A DNA stretch of 64,000 bases from a virus, in the IMG/VR virus record IMGVR_UViG_3300010157_000047, positions 26,773 to 90,772 of that record, one strand, 5' to 3'. The position numbers and the translations under genes are program-made. Under the pieces are notes generated by a model that was not told where the DNA came from, made no database searches, and was given only the letters and a program-made list of their open reading frames with translations. Positions 38,174 to 49,511 of the stretch are shown piece by piece; the stretch's first letter is position 1, and each line of letters begins with the position of its first letter.

Positions 38174-41100
38174 TATACATCAAAATTAAATCATTTAAAA
38201 GTATTGTCTTATCTGAATCATCTGGTAAATATGTAAGTTTTACAAATAAATAATGACCCCTCATTCTATCAAAATTATTAGACTCAGCTCTTGGAACATA
38301 TATTCTAGACATTCTAAATCTTCTTTTTATTGCAGATATAGTGCTTATAGCTGTAGACCTTTGATAATCACTCCAAGATTCAAATCCAGTAATATTATCT
38401 TCATATGGATATTTAATGGATGGATCAGTAGTATTAACTATATCATGAGTCCATTCTATTGAGTTAAATATATTATCATTTTCAGCACCTTCTGGATTCA
38501 TACATATAGTAAGTTCTAATGGATATTGAACACCATAGAAATTACATGATTTATTACCAATAAAATGAGTCCATACTTTATTCTTATTAGAATCTGATGC
38601 GCCAATAGAATGTAATTTTGAATCTATTGTAAATACAAATTCTGCTGGCATATCTAATATTGCAGTAAACCGTTTAATGCCCTCATCATAAACTAATGTT
38701 TCTATAATATCAGGATCCGAAATATTAGCTTTTTGCTTACGTATAGTAATGTAGACATCATCAGTGATAGGATTAAATCCTAATACATAAGATGGTTTAA
38801 CAGACATATTAGTATCATAGCCTTTTATGTACTGAGACATTCCAAGTGTATCACTCATGCCTGAAACGGTAATTCCTTCTATAATATTTATTGTTCTACG
38901 AATCCTATCTCCATAATATGTAGCAGAAGAAGTGGAAACAATACCATTAAAATCATCACATCCAGAGTTGGTGTTTATATATTGATATGTACTTAATACT
39001 TGCCCCAGCCCAAGTTCTATTGCAACTGCATCAGAACCAGATACTTGAACACGTGGTAGCACACTAACAGCAGCTACTCCATCTCTTTGGAATACATATA
39101 GATTATCATTAAACTTAATCATTCTATTTATTCTGCCATATTCACCTTCAAGATATATCTCTTCATTGACCAATATATCTGTCCATGAATCAATAATTTC
39201 ACCAGCAATCTTAGGCTTAGTAGCCATTATTCTATTTGAAAATTTAGTATTTCTAACAAATAAAAATGGATCTGGTATTGAATATAATACATTAGATTCC
39301 TGAGAATAAACTGAATTATATTTATGAAACTGATCATTGGTTGGAAGAAACTGAGCTGTCCATCCACCATAGGAACTATCGCTTCTTTGGCGAAGATTAA
39401 TTGTAGTCTCTACTGGTATTTTAACAATCTCAGACATTTGCAGCCGATCATACGCTAATGAAGCTCCATCAATTCTTGCTATTCTTGCAAAAAGAAAATT
39501 ACCAACAAATACATCACCGCTATTAATTATATTATATGTTTTAGGTGATGATCCAGAAATTTTCTGATAAACACCAACAGCCATATATTTATTCACAGAT
39601 CTATCTTCATAATATTTGCCACCATATTGATTTTCAATATCTGCAACAATCTCCCCAAGTAATACATGATCATCTGGATTGATAGATTTTGACGAACTTG
39701 CAAATGCATAATTTACAATTGTTTCATATGGCTGATTGAATGAAGCTCCAATATTAGCTGTAAAAGTTATATTCTTAGCCGCAATAGCATCTACTCCATA
39801 AATAGGTATATCCCACTCATTATCAGGATGAGTTGTACCACGAGTAAATGATTTGGATCCATCAGCTATTACATTCTGAAGAGAATTTGTGTATTTAAAT
39901 TCAGGCAATTCATTATAAGTATTAACGCTTGAATCAAAATTAGTTAATTCTGGAATGCCATTTATACTATAATCATTGGCAGTATAATCATCTCCTTTTG
40001 TTGATAAAAATGTATTAGGAACATAGGATCTATAATATTGAATAAATTGCTCAGTTATTAATCCAGGTTCAGTAGGATATGGCCTGTTAGGACCAATGTA
40101 TCCATTATAATGAATAAAATTAGCTTTTTCATCATGCACATCATTGGCATAACCATTTCCCCATTTGCTAACATCAAATAAATTTGTTTTTAAAAGATCT
40201 TTGCGATCCCTAAGAACAGTGCTAGTATCTGCATATATCATTTTACCATGAGAAGATCTTACATCTTGACGCAAAGTCATTGCCGTCCTAAGCTTCATAT
40301 TAGAAGATAAGTTAGGAGTTCCAAAAATAGTTTCTGGAGAAAATAATTGCATCAATCTAGTATCTTGATATGATATGTGTAACCATGAAGTAGCTACTGG
40401 ATCATTATTTCTATCTCTATATATCTCAGTAAATGGACAGGGATCCCTTCCAATATTACGGTCATAATATGGTAATCCTTGACTTGGATTTGTTGGGCTA
40501 ATACATTTGTTATTCTGTAATTTATATATTTTAACATTATTTTTAGTAGCTGTTGGAGTATAATGTAATGCACTACTATCAAATGCCGTATATGGAATAT
40601 CAACTTGATCAGTCATATGACGAATCCAAGGAGATGTTATTTTTGTATTTATGTCGCTATATAGATTACCAGCAGTTTGATTAGAATCTGTTTTAGCATC
40701 CTGACCAGTAAGCTGGAATATCATTGGGGTAATTATTCCTTGTGCAACAATAGTCTTATCTGCTTCTTGCCTCTGAACGCGTAAGAATTTATAACCAACA
40801 ATTCCTTGTGCTGCTAGCCTAGATATTCCTGCAGCATTTATTGTAAATTCAATAGTTACTCTAGTATCATTCATTGTCCCATAATAACCTGGAGGAACTT
40901 TGACGTCCGCTATCCAATGAGGAGTTGACTTTCTAGATTGATTATCATAAAATTCTATGGCCCATCGATAGACTTCTCCAACTTTCATGTATCTAGATTC
41001 AATTGGATCATAGTTAGCGGCTGAAATAGATGATAAATTAGTTTGTTTTATTTTATAAGACACATGCCTTCCATCTCCACCAAATTTATCTGAAAATACA

Positions 41101-42437
41101 CTGAGATAATATTGAGGATGAAATAAAAATATGTTTTTATCTTGAACACAATCATGTTTTTCTGGAACCATATCTCCACTAGGCATATTATATTCGCCTT
41201 CAGAATTAAGACCTGATTCTATATTAAATTTATCCCATATAGCAACATATCCACTAACATTTGAAGAATATGCTCTGCTATCAAAATAATTAGAATCATT
41301 AACTTCTAATTGAACTTGATTTGTAAAATCCCAGTTTAAGTCAAATATATCTTCTACAATATTTGCTAATAATAATCTATTTTTCTTGGCAATAATGCAG
41401 CGTGGTATAATCTCAGTGCCACCTAGAAAAATTAATGATTCTATTGATATATTATATTTTACTCTACCATCATCGGTAATTGTTAATATTCCATTTCCTG
41501 GAGATGCATATTCACCAATCACGGATACAATAGGAGTAGTATCTAAATCATTGTATTTAATAGAATAGATCCTAATGTAATCATAGCCAGTATCGATAGC
41601 CTCTATTTTAATAATGTTAGTTTGACCAACAACCTCATTGACATCTCCACCATTTAAATACTTTCCAATGTATATCAATTCTGATGCAGGAGAAATCTTA
41701 GTTTGACCACCATTAACATTAAATAAATTATATGCATATTGTATTGCACCAGAAGTATGCTCCCCACCAGATACTATCTCAGACACATATGGTTGAGACA
41801 TTGTATATTGAGGAACCATATATAAAACTTTCCTGGGCTTAGATAAATCATGAATAGATGCTATATTGACGGAAAATATTTGATGTTTTCCATCAGCAAT
41901 ATACATTTTAATAACACTTTCATTTTCAATATTTACAACAATATCAAAGTTTTTCTCAGCAAGATTATTCCATCCTAAATTGTTAATGTATAATAATTCT
42001 GTACCACCAACTTCTGAATGTTTCCATATACAATCTACACTTTGAGGTGTAGTAGTTAAAAAATATGCATATGGACCATCAGATACAGCAGTAAGTATTG
42101 ACATTGGCTGACTGGAAGATACAGTGAAATCGGCTATATCTGGACTATTAACGCCAGCAAAAGTTTTTAAATATAGTGATCCACTAATTTTATATTGAAC
42201 AGATAAGCTACCAGAAGATACATGGACTTGCTCTATTGATGTAAATTCAAATGATAATTCATTTCCAGATTGACATCTAACAATGCCATTACTTGGTATA
42301 TTTAAATGATCTCCATCAGAATATGATGATGTTATTCTTCCATTACGCAATATAACATATTGATCTTTCCCCCTTTTAGCAGGAGGCATATCAACATTCA
42401 TTCCACCTAAATATGTATATTGATCTTTTTTTATCAT
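38160..42437 (-). CDS. Tail stabilization/muzzle protein (P22 gp10-like)
   Basis: GGMNVD N-terminus, beta-propeller-like composition, NQYGG, GDVFV, IIDSWT...LEGEYGRI and KRRFRMSRI.VPR...DRMRG; conserved position. Confidence 0.85.
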   Translation of the reverse strand: MIKKDQYTYLGGMNVDMPPAKRGKDQYVILRNGRITSSYSDGDHLNIPSNGIVRCQSGNELSFEFTSIEQVHVSSGSLSVQYKISGSLYLKTFAGVNSPDIADFTVSSSQPMSILTAVSDGPYAYFLTTTPQSVDCIWKHSEVGGTELLYINNLGWNNLAEKNFDIVVNIENESVIKMYIADGKHQIFSVNIASIHDLSKPRKVLYMVPQYTMSQPYVSEIVSGGEHTSGAIQYAYNLFNVNGGQTKISPASELIYIGKYLNGGDVNEVVGQTNIIKIEAIDTGYDYIRIYSIKYNDLDTTPIVSVIGEYASPGNGILTITDDGRVKYNISIESLIFLGGTEIIPRCIIAKKNRLLLANIVEDIFDLNWDFTNQVQLEVNDSNYFDSRAYSSNVSGYVAIWDKFNIESGLNSEGEYNMPSGDMVPEKHDCVQDKNIFLFHPQYYLSVFSDKFGGDGRHVSYKIKQTNLSSISAANYDPIESRYMKVGEVYRWAIEFYDNQSRKSTPHWIADVKVPPGYYGTMNDTRVTIEFTINAAGISRLAAQGIVGYKFLRVQRQEADKTIVAQGIITPMIFQLTGQDAKTDSNQTAGNLYSDINTKITSPWIRHMTDQVDIPYTAFDSSALHYTPTATKNNVKIYKLQNNKCISPTNPSQGLPYYDRNIGRDPCPFTEIYRDRNNDPVATSWLHISYQDTRLMQLFSPETIFGTPNLSSNMKLRTAMTLRQDVRSSHGKMIYADTSTVLRDRKDLLKTNLFDVSKWGNGYANDVHDEKANFIHYNGYIGPNRPYPTEPGLITEQFIQYYRSYVPNTFLSTKGDDYTANDYSINGIPELTNFDSSVNTYNELPEFKYTNSLQNVIADGSKSFTRGTTHPDNEWDIPIYGVDAIAAKNITFTANIGASFNQPYETIVNYAFASSSKSINPDDHVLLGEIVADIENQYGGKYYEDRSVNKYMAVGVYQKISGSSPKTYNIINSGDVFVGNFLFARIARIDGASLAYDRLQMSEIVKIPVETTINLRQRSDSSYGGWTAQFLPTNDQFHKYNSVYSQESNVLYSIPDPFLFVRNTKFSNRIMATKPKIAGEIIDSWTDILVNEEIYLEGEYGRINRMIKFNDNLYVFQRDGVAAVSVLPRVQVSGSDAVAIELGLGQVLSTYQYINTNSGCDDFNGIVSTSSATYYGDRIRRTINIIEGITVSGMSDTLGMSQYIKGYDTNMSVKPSYVLGFNPITDDVYITIRKQKANISDPDIIETLVYDEGIKRFTAILDMPAEFVFTIDSKLHSIGASDSNKNKVWTHFIGNKSCNFYGVQYPLELTICMNPEGAENDNIFNSIEWTHDIVNTTDPSIKYPYEDNITGFESWSDYQRSTAISTISAIKRRFRMSRIYVPRAESNNFDRMRGHYLFVKLTYLPDDSDKTILLNDLILMYNAQR

Positions 42438-43273
42438 TATTGTTTTTTAATTTTCTCAGGATATGCCATATCTCTATAGAATGTTCCGTGAGGTCTATCA
42501 TTAAGAACTAATTTGTTCATAGTGTTACTCAATGCTTCTCTACCATCTAATGAAAGCAATGCTGCATGTGATTGAGACTGACCAATATACCAGCAATATT
42601 CTTTTTCAGCTCTTTCATATGCACGAATAGTATCTTTTCCAAGATCTGATAAAATACCAAAATATTGTGATTTAATATAATTTTCAATTGCTTTTTCTAC
42701 AGTAGGATCATTAGGTATCATAGGAACACCTTCTTCATCTACCATTATGCCATCATATGATATATCAATTGTTCCAACTGGAAAAGATGCATAAATATAA
42801 TTACCATTAAACTTATATGAATTTACTGGAGATATACCTTCAACATTTGATTTATTGTAAAATTCATGAAATGGATCTGTAGCCTCATACATAGGTTGAT
42901 ATTGCTCGCCTATAGTCTGTGGATTATCAATTATATTGATGCTTGGATAAGCCCATACTCCATCTTCTGGATAACTATTTATTGTATTGGGATCTGCTGG
43001 TAAAAATGTCCACGTTGGAAATGATTTATCAGAATCCCATCCTCTAACTACACGCCTTGCTTGCTGCATATAAACCATATCTTCTGGTTTGGTGCATCTA
43101 TAATCTTCTATGCCAAGTCTCATTATTTTACGCTGCATAAATGTAGCAGATCCAATCAATCGAATAACATCGACTGACCATACAATAGCAGATTCATATG
43201 GAAGATCTGTGCATAATGGATGACGCATCACCCTATCAATAACAGACTTTAAAGAAATATAACCTGAGTACAT
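42437..43273 (-). CDS. Tail ring/tubular protein
   Basis: YISLKSVIDRV...ISYDGIMVDEEGVPMIP...WYIGQ; crAss tail-module position. Confidence 0.75.
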   Translation of the reverse strand: MYSGYISLKSVIDRVMRHPLCTDLPYESAIVWSVDVIRLIGSATFMQRKIMRLGIEDYRCTKPEDMVYMQQARRVVRGWDSDKSFPTWTFLPADPNTINSYPEDGVWAYPSINIIDNPQTIGEQYQPMYEATDPFHEFYNKSNVEGISPVNSYKFNGNYIYASFPVGTIDISYDGIMVDEEGVPMIPNDPTVEKAIENYIKSQYFGILSDLGKDTIRAYERAEKEYCWYIGQSQSHAALLSLDGREALSNTMNKLVLNDRPHGTFYRDMAYPEKIKKQ

Positions 43274-43274
43274 A

Positions 43275-43805
43275 CTATTTTGTTTTTGTTTCTAGTGAAT
43301 CAAATTCACCAATTGTTATTTGATTTGATATATTCCTTTTAATTGCTCTATTTATTTGAGCAGTATAAAATAATCTGTTACGGAATAAGCATCCTCTTTT
43401 ACGATATATTATTGTAAATATATATCCAGAGCTATGTTGATTTGTGTGATATACAAATTGTATTTTTTTAAGTTCTGGATAATCAAGCCACAATGATTTT
43501 GTTGCACTCCAATCTATTGGTCTTTTAATATATGGGTCACCATTTTCATCATATTTTAATGTTGGCTTATATTTTCTAGTTATTATCCTTCCAAGATTAT
43601 GTGGCAATTTAAAATCATATTTTTCATCTGCCATTGCATTAGCAATACCAATAAGAATATCATCTATTAAGCTATTGTAATTTTTATATTCCAAATCATG
43701 CTTAGTATCTTTATAAGTATTATGATAATTCTTATAATAATCCCTTATACCATAATCACTTATTACCTTGTGCGTTCTGATCAATCCTTTCCTCTGTCGC
43801 ATCAT
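43275..43805 (-). CDS. IHF/HU-like protein of the crAss structural module
   Basis: Y..LIDDIL...FKLPHNLGRI...IDWSATK.LW...HTNQHSSGY; basic. Confidence 0.7.
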   Translation of the reverse strand: MMRQRKGLIRTHKVISDYGIRDYYKNYHNTYKDTKHDLEYKNYNSLIDDILIGIANAMADEKYDFKLPHNLGRIITRKYKPTLKYDENGDPYIKRPIDWSATKSLWLDYPELKKIQFVYHTNQHSSGYIFTIIYRKRGCLFRNRLFYTAQINRAIKRNISNQITIGEFDSLETKTK

Positions 43806-44421
43806 TTAATGTATCTTTATTTATACCTAATATACCAGAAATTTTAGGATCAATAATTTTTCTAATATCCATTAAATCACTTTCAGCTAATGGATATTTA
43901 GCATCCCAGAAATCAAGTGTTGGATTAGATATTGCATAAACAGCTTCAGGGTCTTCAAATAAAGCCCTTACAACAACTTTATTAATTAATTTATACATAT
44001 TGTTGTTACTATTAAATATAATAGTTCCATTCTCATCTAAGGCGCAAAATATTTGATCTGATGTATATGGATTACGTCCAACAAATGGTAATCTTTCTAA
44101 TGACACTACATTTAAAGGAATGTCAAGACTTGTATCAGCAACATCTTTACCAACTATTTTTAATGGAGCATGAGGATTACCAGTAGTTTTAATGACAGAT
44201 GGAATAGGTGATACTGATTTAGCATTAACACCAATATCAACAGTAAGACTTTGATATGCTACAGATGGAACAATATTTCTAGGATCTGAATGTCTTTGTT
44301 GTAATATTGTAGCCCTTGCATTTTTAATTAAATATGCAAGAAAATCATTTGTGATGGAACTATCATCAGACATAATCCTAAATGACTCACGAATATCGTA
44401 TATTATTTCCCTTAATTTCAT
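43756..44421 (-). CDS. Tail tubular/ring protein (P22 gp4-like)
   Basis: MKLREIIYDI...SDDS...ALFEDP...YPL...ND. Confidence 0.75.
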   Translation of the reverse strand: MKLREIIYDIRESFRIMSDDSSITNDFLAYLIKNARATILQQRHSDPRNIVPSVAYQSLTVDIGVNAKSVSPIPSVIKTTGNPHAPLKIVGKDVADTSLDIPLNVVSLERLPFVGRNPYTSDQIFCALDENGTIIFNSNNNMYKLINKVVVRALFEDPEAVYAISNPTLDFWDAKYPLAESDLMDIRKIIDPKISGILGINKDTLNDATEERIDQNAQGNK

Positions 44422-44437
44422 TACTTTAAAATTTCCA

Positions 44438-44445
44438 CAAATATA
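44438..44445 (-). promoter_or_regulatory. Bacteroidota -7 promoter element (TATATTTG)
   Basis: TAnnTTTG about 16 nt upstream of ATG 44421, just after a terminator. Confidence 0.65.
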
Positions 44446-44456
44446 ATGATTATTTT

Positions 44457-44490
44457 AAAACAAAAAGGGGCACCAAAATGGCACCCCTCT
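44457..44490 (-). terminator. Intrinsic terminator after the 332-aa structural gene
   Basis: Minus strand GGGGTGCCA-TTT-TGGTGCCCC followed by TTTTTGTTTT. Confidence 0.8.
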
Positions 44491-44512
44491 TATAGCTAAA
44501 TTAAACAGTAGA

Positions 44513-45511
44513 TTACTGTGCAGATGGATGATATGTTCCAAGAGCAGTTGTCCAAGTGATTTGCTGACCATCAGTAGCGGCAGTTGTAAGATCAATAACC
44601 TGACGAACAGTGGCTAAGGTCGCATCAAATGCTGCAACATTGGCAGCAGGAACAGCTACGGTCAAATGACGAGGAGATTTTTGAACATCATGACTAACGC
44701 CATTCGTGTCATAGTGAAAATCAAATTCGTACAATGTATAAACAGTAGCAGAATTAATGTCAGACTGCAAAGCAAAATCAAATGGATATGCAAGTCCACG
44801 TAAAGAATCACCAAATGCACCACGAGTTTGGAACTCAAGGTCTTGTAAATAAGTGATAGAGCAAGGATTAACAACCCCAGGAGTAGTAGCTACAGTAAGT
44901 GAGCCAATAGCAGCAGTAGTAGGACTAACCTGAGTTGCTTTGATAGCATAATCAAGTGGGCGACCATCTTTTTTACCAGTAACAAATGGTAATGCAGTAG
45001 ATTGAAATGTTACAGCAGCTCCAGATGAAGTACATGTAAAATAAGATTGTCCCATACGAGTCTGAGCTGCATTGTAAGATGCAGCAAGACCAGTTGCAAT
45101 GGTGGTAGTGGTGTCACCAGTAACAGCTGTATAATAAGCATTAAGAAGAATAGTATCGTCCATAGACAATGCACCATCATTCCATACTTTAATTGCAACC
45201 TCATAAAGATCGCCAACAGTAGCAGTTGTAACAGTTACCAAAGTGCTAGCTAATACAGGAGATACGGGAACTTGCTTTTTAAAATAAGTAATAGCATCTG
45301 GATTGATCACATCTGATTTGCGAATACGACCATCTAAGTGTTTTACATAAATAGCAAACTTCTCCTTACCTGTAGGAGTAGCTCCATATTGATTAAATAA
45401 TTTACCTTCACCAGCGGCAGCAGATGTTGCAAAAGCTGCAGCAGTAGTCTGACTAGTAAGGCCATTAAGGACGATGAGGTCCCGTTGATTTTTAATTGTA
45501 AAAAGTGCCAT
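44513..45511 (-). CDS. Abundant structural protein, probably auxiliary capsid/decoration protein
   Basis: Thr/Ala-rich, capsid-like codon usage, own terminator; RKSDVI...DLEFQTRG..GD.LRG..YP...DVQKSP motifs. Confidence 0.65.
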   Translation of the reverse strand: MALFTIKNQRDLIVLNGLTSQTTAAAFATSAAAGEGKLFNQYGATPTGKEKFAIYVKHLDGRIRKSDVINPDAITYFKKQVPVSPVLASTLVTVTTATVGDLYEVAIKVWNDGALSMDDTILLNAYYTAVTGDTTTTIATGLAASYNAAQTRMGQSYFTCTSSGAAVTFQSTALPFVTGKKDGRPLDYAIKATQVSPTTAAIGSLTVATTPGVVNPCSITYLQDLEFQTRGAFGDSLRGLAYPFDFALQSDINSATVYTLYEFDFHYDTNGVSHDVQKSPRHLTVAVPAANVAAFDATLATVRQVIDLTTAATDGQQITWTTALGTYHPSAQ

Positions 45512-45554
45512 AATAAATAGTTTTTATTTTTAGTATTATTATTTATAAATTTAT

Positions 45555-46286
45555 TTAACTATTTGTAGATAGATTTGATGCAGCTACCTTTAAATTTGGA
45601 TCGTCTCCTTTTGCCATATAACCAATAGTTATTGCTCTATCAAGAATTTTTTCATGAAGAATGCCAAGTGGAGCTTCTAAATTTATATTAGTATTTGTAG
45701 ATAATCCATTAATAGTAGCATCAAGTAAGCTATCTGTAACTATAAATGCTGGAACCTCAGAAATGTATTTTAAATAATACTCTGGATTAGTAGCAGCAGA
45801 TATAGATGTAATAACCTCAATATATTTAGTAATAACATTACTAACGGATTCAGATATTACAACAGACCATGCATAACCTCTAGCAGAAGCCCTAAATGGA
45901 TTATCAAATGAATAGTAAGCCTCGTCATCTTGAAGCGGTTTAATTCTATTTAATATAGCACCAGTAGAATTCCTGAGAGATTCTGCAACAACATATAAAA
46001 CATCATTAGGAAGCTGATAAACAATACTATCATTTCTAAGCTTAAGTCCATTATCTAATGTTACCTGTGTTGATATTTGCGTGGACCTAGTAAGTTGAGC
46101 TAGTTGTTTTTTTATCTTTTCATTCCTATCAAAAGATGGAAGCATTTCTTTAACTATCTCATTAGCAGCCTTAGTCAGCAATAAAGACTTTTCATATTCA
46201 TCAAAGAATAATAATGTCTCTAATTTTGATTCAGCATGCCTATTTGAATAGACATCAAATGCATTAGATAGTTCTTTATATGTCAT
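45555..46286 (-). CDS. Head-tail ring protein
   Basis: MTYKELSNAFDV...EYEKSLLLTKAA...LHEKILDRAI; paralogue of the next gene. Confidence 0.75.
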   Translation of the reverse strand: MTYKELSNAFDVYSNRHAESKLETLLFFDEYEKSLLLTKAANEIVKEMLPSFDRNEKIKKQLAQLTRSTQISTQVTLDNGLKLRNDSIVYQLPNDVLYVVAESLRNSTGAILNRIKPLQDDEAYYSFDNPFRASARGYAWSVVISESVSNVITKYIEVITSISAATNPEYYLKYISEVPAFIVTDSLLDATINGLSTNTNINLEAPLGILHEKILDRAITIGYMAKGDDPNLKVAASNLSTNS

Positions 46287-47062
46287 TATTCATTACGTTT
46301 ATTAACTTCAATTTGAGATGTAAGATCTCCAATATAATCTGCTTTACATAATTCAATTGCACGACCTAGAATTTCCTCATGAAGCTCTGGAGATAGTACG
46401 CATTGAGTTGTTGAGGAGACACCATTAATAGTTAATCCACCATTAAGATCTTCAAGAACAATTGGAGTAGGTCTTTTTAAATATCTTACATAATAAACAT
46501 ATCCAATTTCATCATCAAAATTACTCTTAACAATTAATTCAACATTTATTGCAGTAGAATTACCCAATTCAATATCGCCACTTCTAATGAATCTCCATGT
46601 CTGACGAATTGGAGGATCTTTATATGCTTTACCAAGAATTGTCTGATATTGTTTATACTCAATAGGGACAACAGTTGTATCATATGCATATACTCCAGGA
46701 GAAGTAGCATTAAATGAAAATCTTTCATTAAGAATCATCATTACATCATCAACAATTTTCAGTTGTAATGCTTTAATTCCAAATGATTGAGTCATCACTG
46801 CACCATCTCCAGGGATTGCGTTTAATCCAGTACCAATAGCTTTTACTTCAATTATATTAGAAAAATCTACATCTCTTTTAGGAGACATACCAAATCCTTC
46901 TTGGTACTTATTACCTTTAGGATTAAAATAATTCTTGACAATTTCTAGTTGAGCTTGAGTTAAATATAATGATTTCTCATATTCTGTAACTCCATGCGCA
47001 AGATTGCTATCTAAATTATTAAACCTAACATCAAATTGTCTTGAAAATTCAGCTGTAGTCAT
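46286..47062 (-). CDS. Head-tail ring protein
   Basis: MTTAEFSRQFDV...EYEKSLYLTQAQ...YLKRPTPI...LHEEILGRAI. Confidence 0.75.
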   Translation of the reverse strand: MTTAEFSRQFDVRFNNLDSNLAHGVTEYEKSLYLTQAQLEIVKNYFNPKGNKYQEGFGMSPKRDVDFSNIIEVKAIGTGLNAIPGDGAVMTQSFGIKALQLKIVDDVMMILNERFSFNATSPGVYAYDTTVVPIEYKQYQTILGKAYKDPPIRQTWRFIRSGDIELGNSTAINVELIVKSNFDDEIGYVYYVRYLKRPTPIVLEDLNGGLTINGVSSTTQCVLSPELHEEILGRAIELCKADYIGDLTSQIEVNKRNE

Positions 47063-47937
47063 TATTCGGTTACTTTAATTCTATTTTCAATTTTAAGCCT
47101 AATTGGCTGATTAACCGGAGCATCTAAGAAATTTGCTGCAGCACCCATAGTGGCATCACCCTGTTCTGACAATGGCTTACCTTCAGCAGTAAAATATTGA
47201 CTATCTACAAATCTAATTGCTCCACATTGAACTCCTTTGCCAATAAGCATTTTAGTTCTGAGTTGTTTATCATTTAAAACAAGAAGTAATTCTTTTGTAT
47301 TACCTTCTATAATATCACCAATCCAACCTTGAATTGTAGCAAGTTTGGTAGTTTTAGATACAGCAGAGCCTCTTACGGCTTTACATATGTATTCAAGAAC
47401 TTCTCTATCATCTTCATATTTACCATACAATTTATATGCTTCTTGTTTTCCAGTAAGTTTACGATGCATTTCCTGCTCGCGCTCACCATCTTTAACAGCA
47501 TAAAACATGTAAGATACTTTATGATTTACTTCATCAAATGATGGTGCAATTATATTATCATTAGCTAGAACAACTTTTGCTTTAATAAAATCTTCAGGAG
47601 ATGCCATATCAAAAAAGTTTTCACCTTTTTCTAATTTAACTTTAACTCCCTCCCAATAATTATTATCTTTTTTATATACGCTTAATCCATCTTTACCTAA
47701 ACCCATATATTCTTCTAAAAATGCTTTTTCATCATTAGATAGAACATTTTTATAATCACCATTTCTTAATAGTGGTGGTGAAAATACCCTAACAGCTCCC
47801 TCCATCATTCCTCCATATAAAATATGTTTTGGATTGGTTACAAATCCTCTGGGACGTGGATGAAATTTAATTATTAATGTTTTATTTTCCAAGCAACTTG
47901 GTATAACTGTACTCCCTTGATCTTCATTCTTTGCCAT
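47062..47937 (-). CDS. Conserved crAss-like protein immediately downstream of the major capsid protein
   Basis: Position, plus LSNDEKAFLE...NNYW...PEDFIK motifs. Confidence 0.65.
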   Translation of the reverse strand: MAKNEDQGSTVIPSCLENKTLIIKFHPRPRGFVTNPKHILYGGMMEGAVRVFSPPLLRNGDYKNVLSNDEKAFLEEYMGLGKDGLSVYKKDNNYWEGVKVKLEKGENFFDMASPEDFIKAKVVLANDNIIAPSFDEVNHKVSYMFYAVKDGEREQEMHRKLTGKQEAYKLYGKYEDDREVLEYICKAVRGSAVSKTTKLATIQGWIGDIIEGNTKELLLVLNDKQLRTKMLIGKGVQCGAIRFVDSQYFTAEGKPLSEQGDATMGAAANFLDAPVNQPIRLKIENRIKVTE

Positions 47938-47954
47938 ATGAATTTTTTTAAAGT

Positions 47955-47990
47955 AAAAATATGGGGAGCCAAGCGAAACTCAGCTCCCCA
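47955..47990 (-). terminator. Intrinsic terminator after the major capsid gene
   Basis: Minus strand TGGGGAGCTGAG-TTTCG-CTTGGCTCCCCA-TATTTTT. Confidence 0.75.
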
Positions 47991-47996
47991 ATTTGA

Positions 47997-49511
47997 TTAT
48001 GCTAACTCAACTGGAATTAGACTAGCCGTACGTGACGGATCTAATACCAATGCACCTAAAGTACACTGTTTGTGGATGACTGCCTTGTCTTCATCAAAAG
48101 ACATATTGTCATTATTAATTGCTCCAGTAAATGGATTCCTGAATCCCCATTGGTATCCACGAATTTCTTCTTGACCTTTAATTTTTGCAATCTGAATGTT
48201 AGGCTCTTCCATACTACCAATATAGAGAATATCATAACGATAAGACTCTGCAGGCATGATAACTGAACCACGGAAATCAGAAGCATAAATTTTATTACGT
48301 ACTGGATCATCATAGAAAGGATCAACCTCAACAGATACTATTACACCGTTAGGAGCACGCCATTCAACAAACTGGAATCCAGCCGCAAGTGCGTTATCAT
48401 GTAGAGGAGATTTAACACTAGATAATGATTGTCCATTTGTAAAACGAGATCCAGTGGTTACATTGCCTAACCATCCAGTTGCAATGTCAGTAATTGCTTT
48501 GTGGAATTGAGCAGCTCCGCCTTCACCTGTTCTGAGAACAAATCTACGTTCTCCCATGCCAAGCTTAGAGTGAGATAAACTATATAGCATATCTTCAATA
48601 AGTTTGATCGAGAATTTTCCGTAGAACTGAGTATTTGAAACTTCCATTTGCTCACGAATACCAGAACCCATTTTAATCACATTACCTGATTTACCAATGT
48701 TATGGTACTCACCAGCTTGATCACGGTTAGTACGTGAATAAATAATAGCATGATTTTTCTCTTCAGAAAATTCTTCTTCTAGCTTGAAGTCTACGTAATG
48801 CATCCAACCATTCATGATTGATTTGTTACCAGCTTTATCAACAACTGGAATACCCATTTGGATTTTCATGTCATCAATGTTACCAGGCACTTCATGTTTA
48901 ATACGGATAGTGGTCCACTCATTACGCATAGAAGTAGGAGAGGTGAAATGAATATCACCAACTTGGCGAGACATTTTTTCTTCTACTGGAGAGAAATCTT
49001 TACTGAAACGCTTTCCAGCAATAAGTTCAGAACCAGGCATACCACCAGGAACATAACCTAAAAGCTCAACAGTGTAAACAGTGTATTGACCCTCAATTCT
49101 ACCATCTCCAATAACGCGCAATGGATACAATTCATTCTTTTCTCCAACGATTTGATTGCCATCAGCAAACCAATCTTCTTCAAACAATACTTCAAAACGA
49201 TTACCAGCTGCACCAATACCAGTATCACCTACTAATACAGTGCTACCATTAATACGTGCGCTTGCAAGCTTGATGTTCCTACGAGAAGAACCGATTAGTT
49301 GCCAAACAAATTCATCCGAAGTGTCGAAGAATTTTGTTGGAAATTGCGAGAGATAATTCTCCAACGACTTACCACGATTATAGGCCAATAGCTGAATCAT
49401 ATTTCTAGCTGCTGCTTGTGGTTGCCCACGGAAGATGGCCCTAACATGGTTTTTGTCGGTAAGTCCCTGCCACGCTTTGGGGGCAGTCATTTGAAATTTA
49501 CCTAAACTCAT
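47997..49511 (-). CDS. Major capsid protein (crAss-like HK97 fold)
   Basis: 504 aa; GLTDKNH, MRNEWTTIR, GSGIREQ, LRTGEGG..QF, GFQF..W..PNG, DPFYDD and ESYRY motifs; biased codon usage; followed by a terminator. Confidence 0.9.
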   Translation of the reverse strand: MSLGKFQMTAPKAWQGLTDKNHVRAIFRGQPQAAARNMIQLLAYNRGKSLENYLSQFPTKFFDTSDEFVWQLIGSSRRNIKLASARINGSTVLVGDTGIGAAGNRFEVLFEEDWFADGNQIVGEKNELYPLRVIGDGRIEGQYTVYTVELLGYVPGGMPGSELIAGKRFSKDFSPVEEKMSRQVGDIHFTSPTSMRNEWTTIRIKHEVPGNIDDMKIQMGIPVVDKAGNKSIMNGWMHYVDFKLEEEFSEEKNHAIIYSRTNRDQAGEYHNIGKSGNVIKMGSGIREQMEVSNTQFYGKFSIKLIEDMLYSLSHSKLGMGERRFVLRTGEGGAAQFHKAITDIATGWLGNVTTGSRFTNGQSLSSVKSPLHDNALAAGFQFVEWRAPNGVIVSVEVDPFYDDPVRNKIYASDFRGSVIMPAESYRYDILYIGSMEEPNIQIAKIKGQEEIRGYQWGFRNPFTGAINNDNMSFDEDKAVIHKQCTLGALVLDPSRTASLIPVELA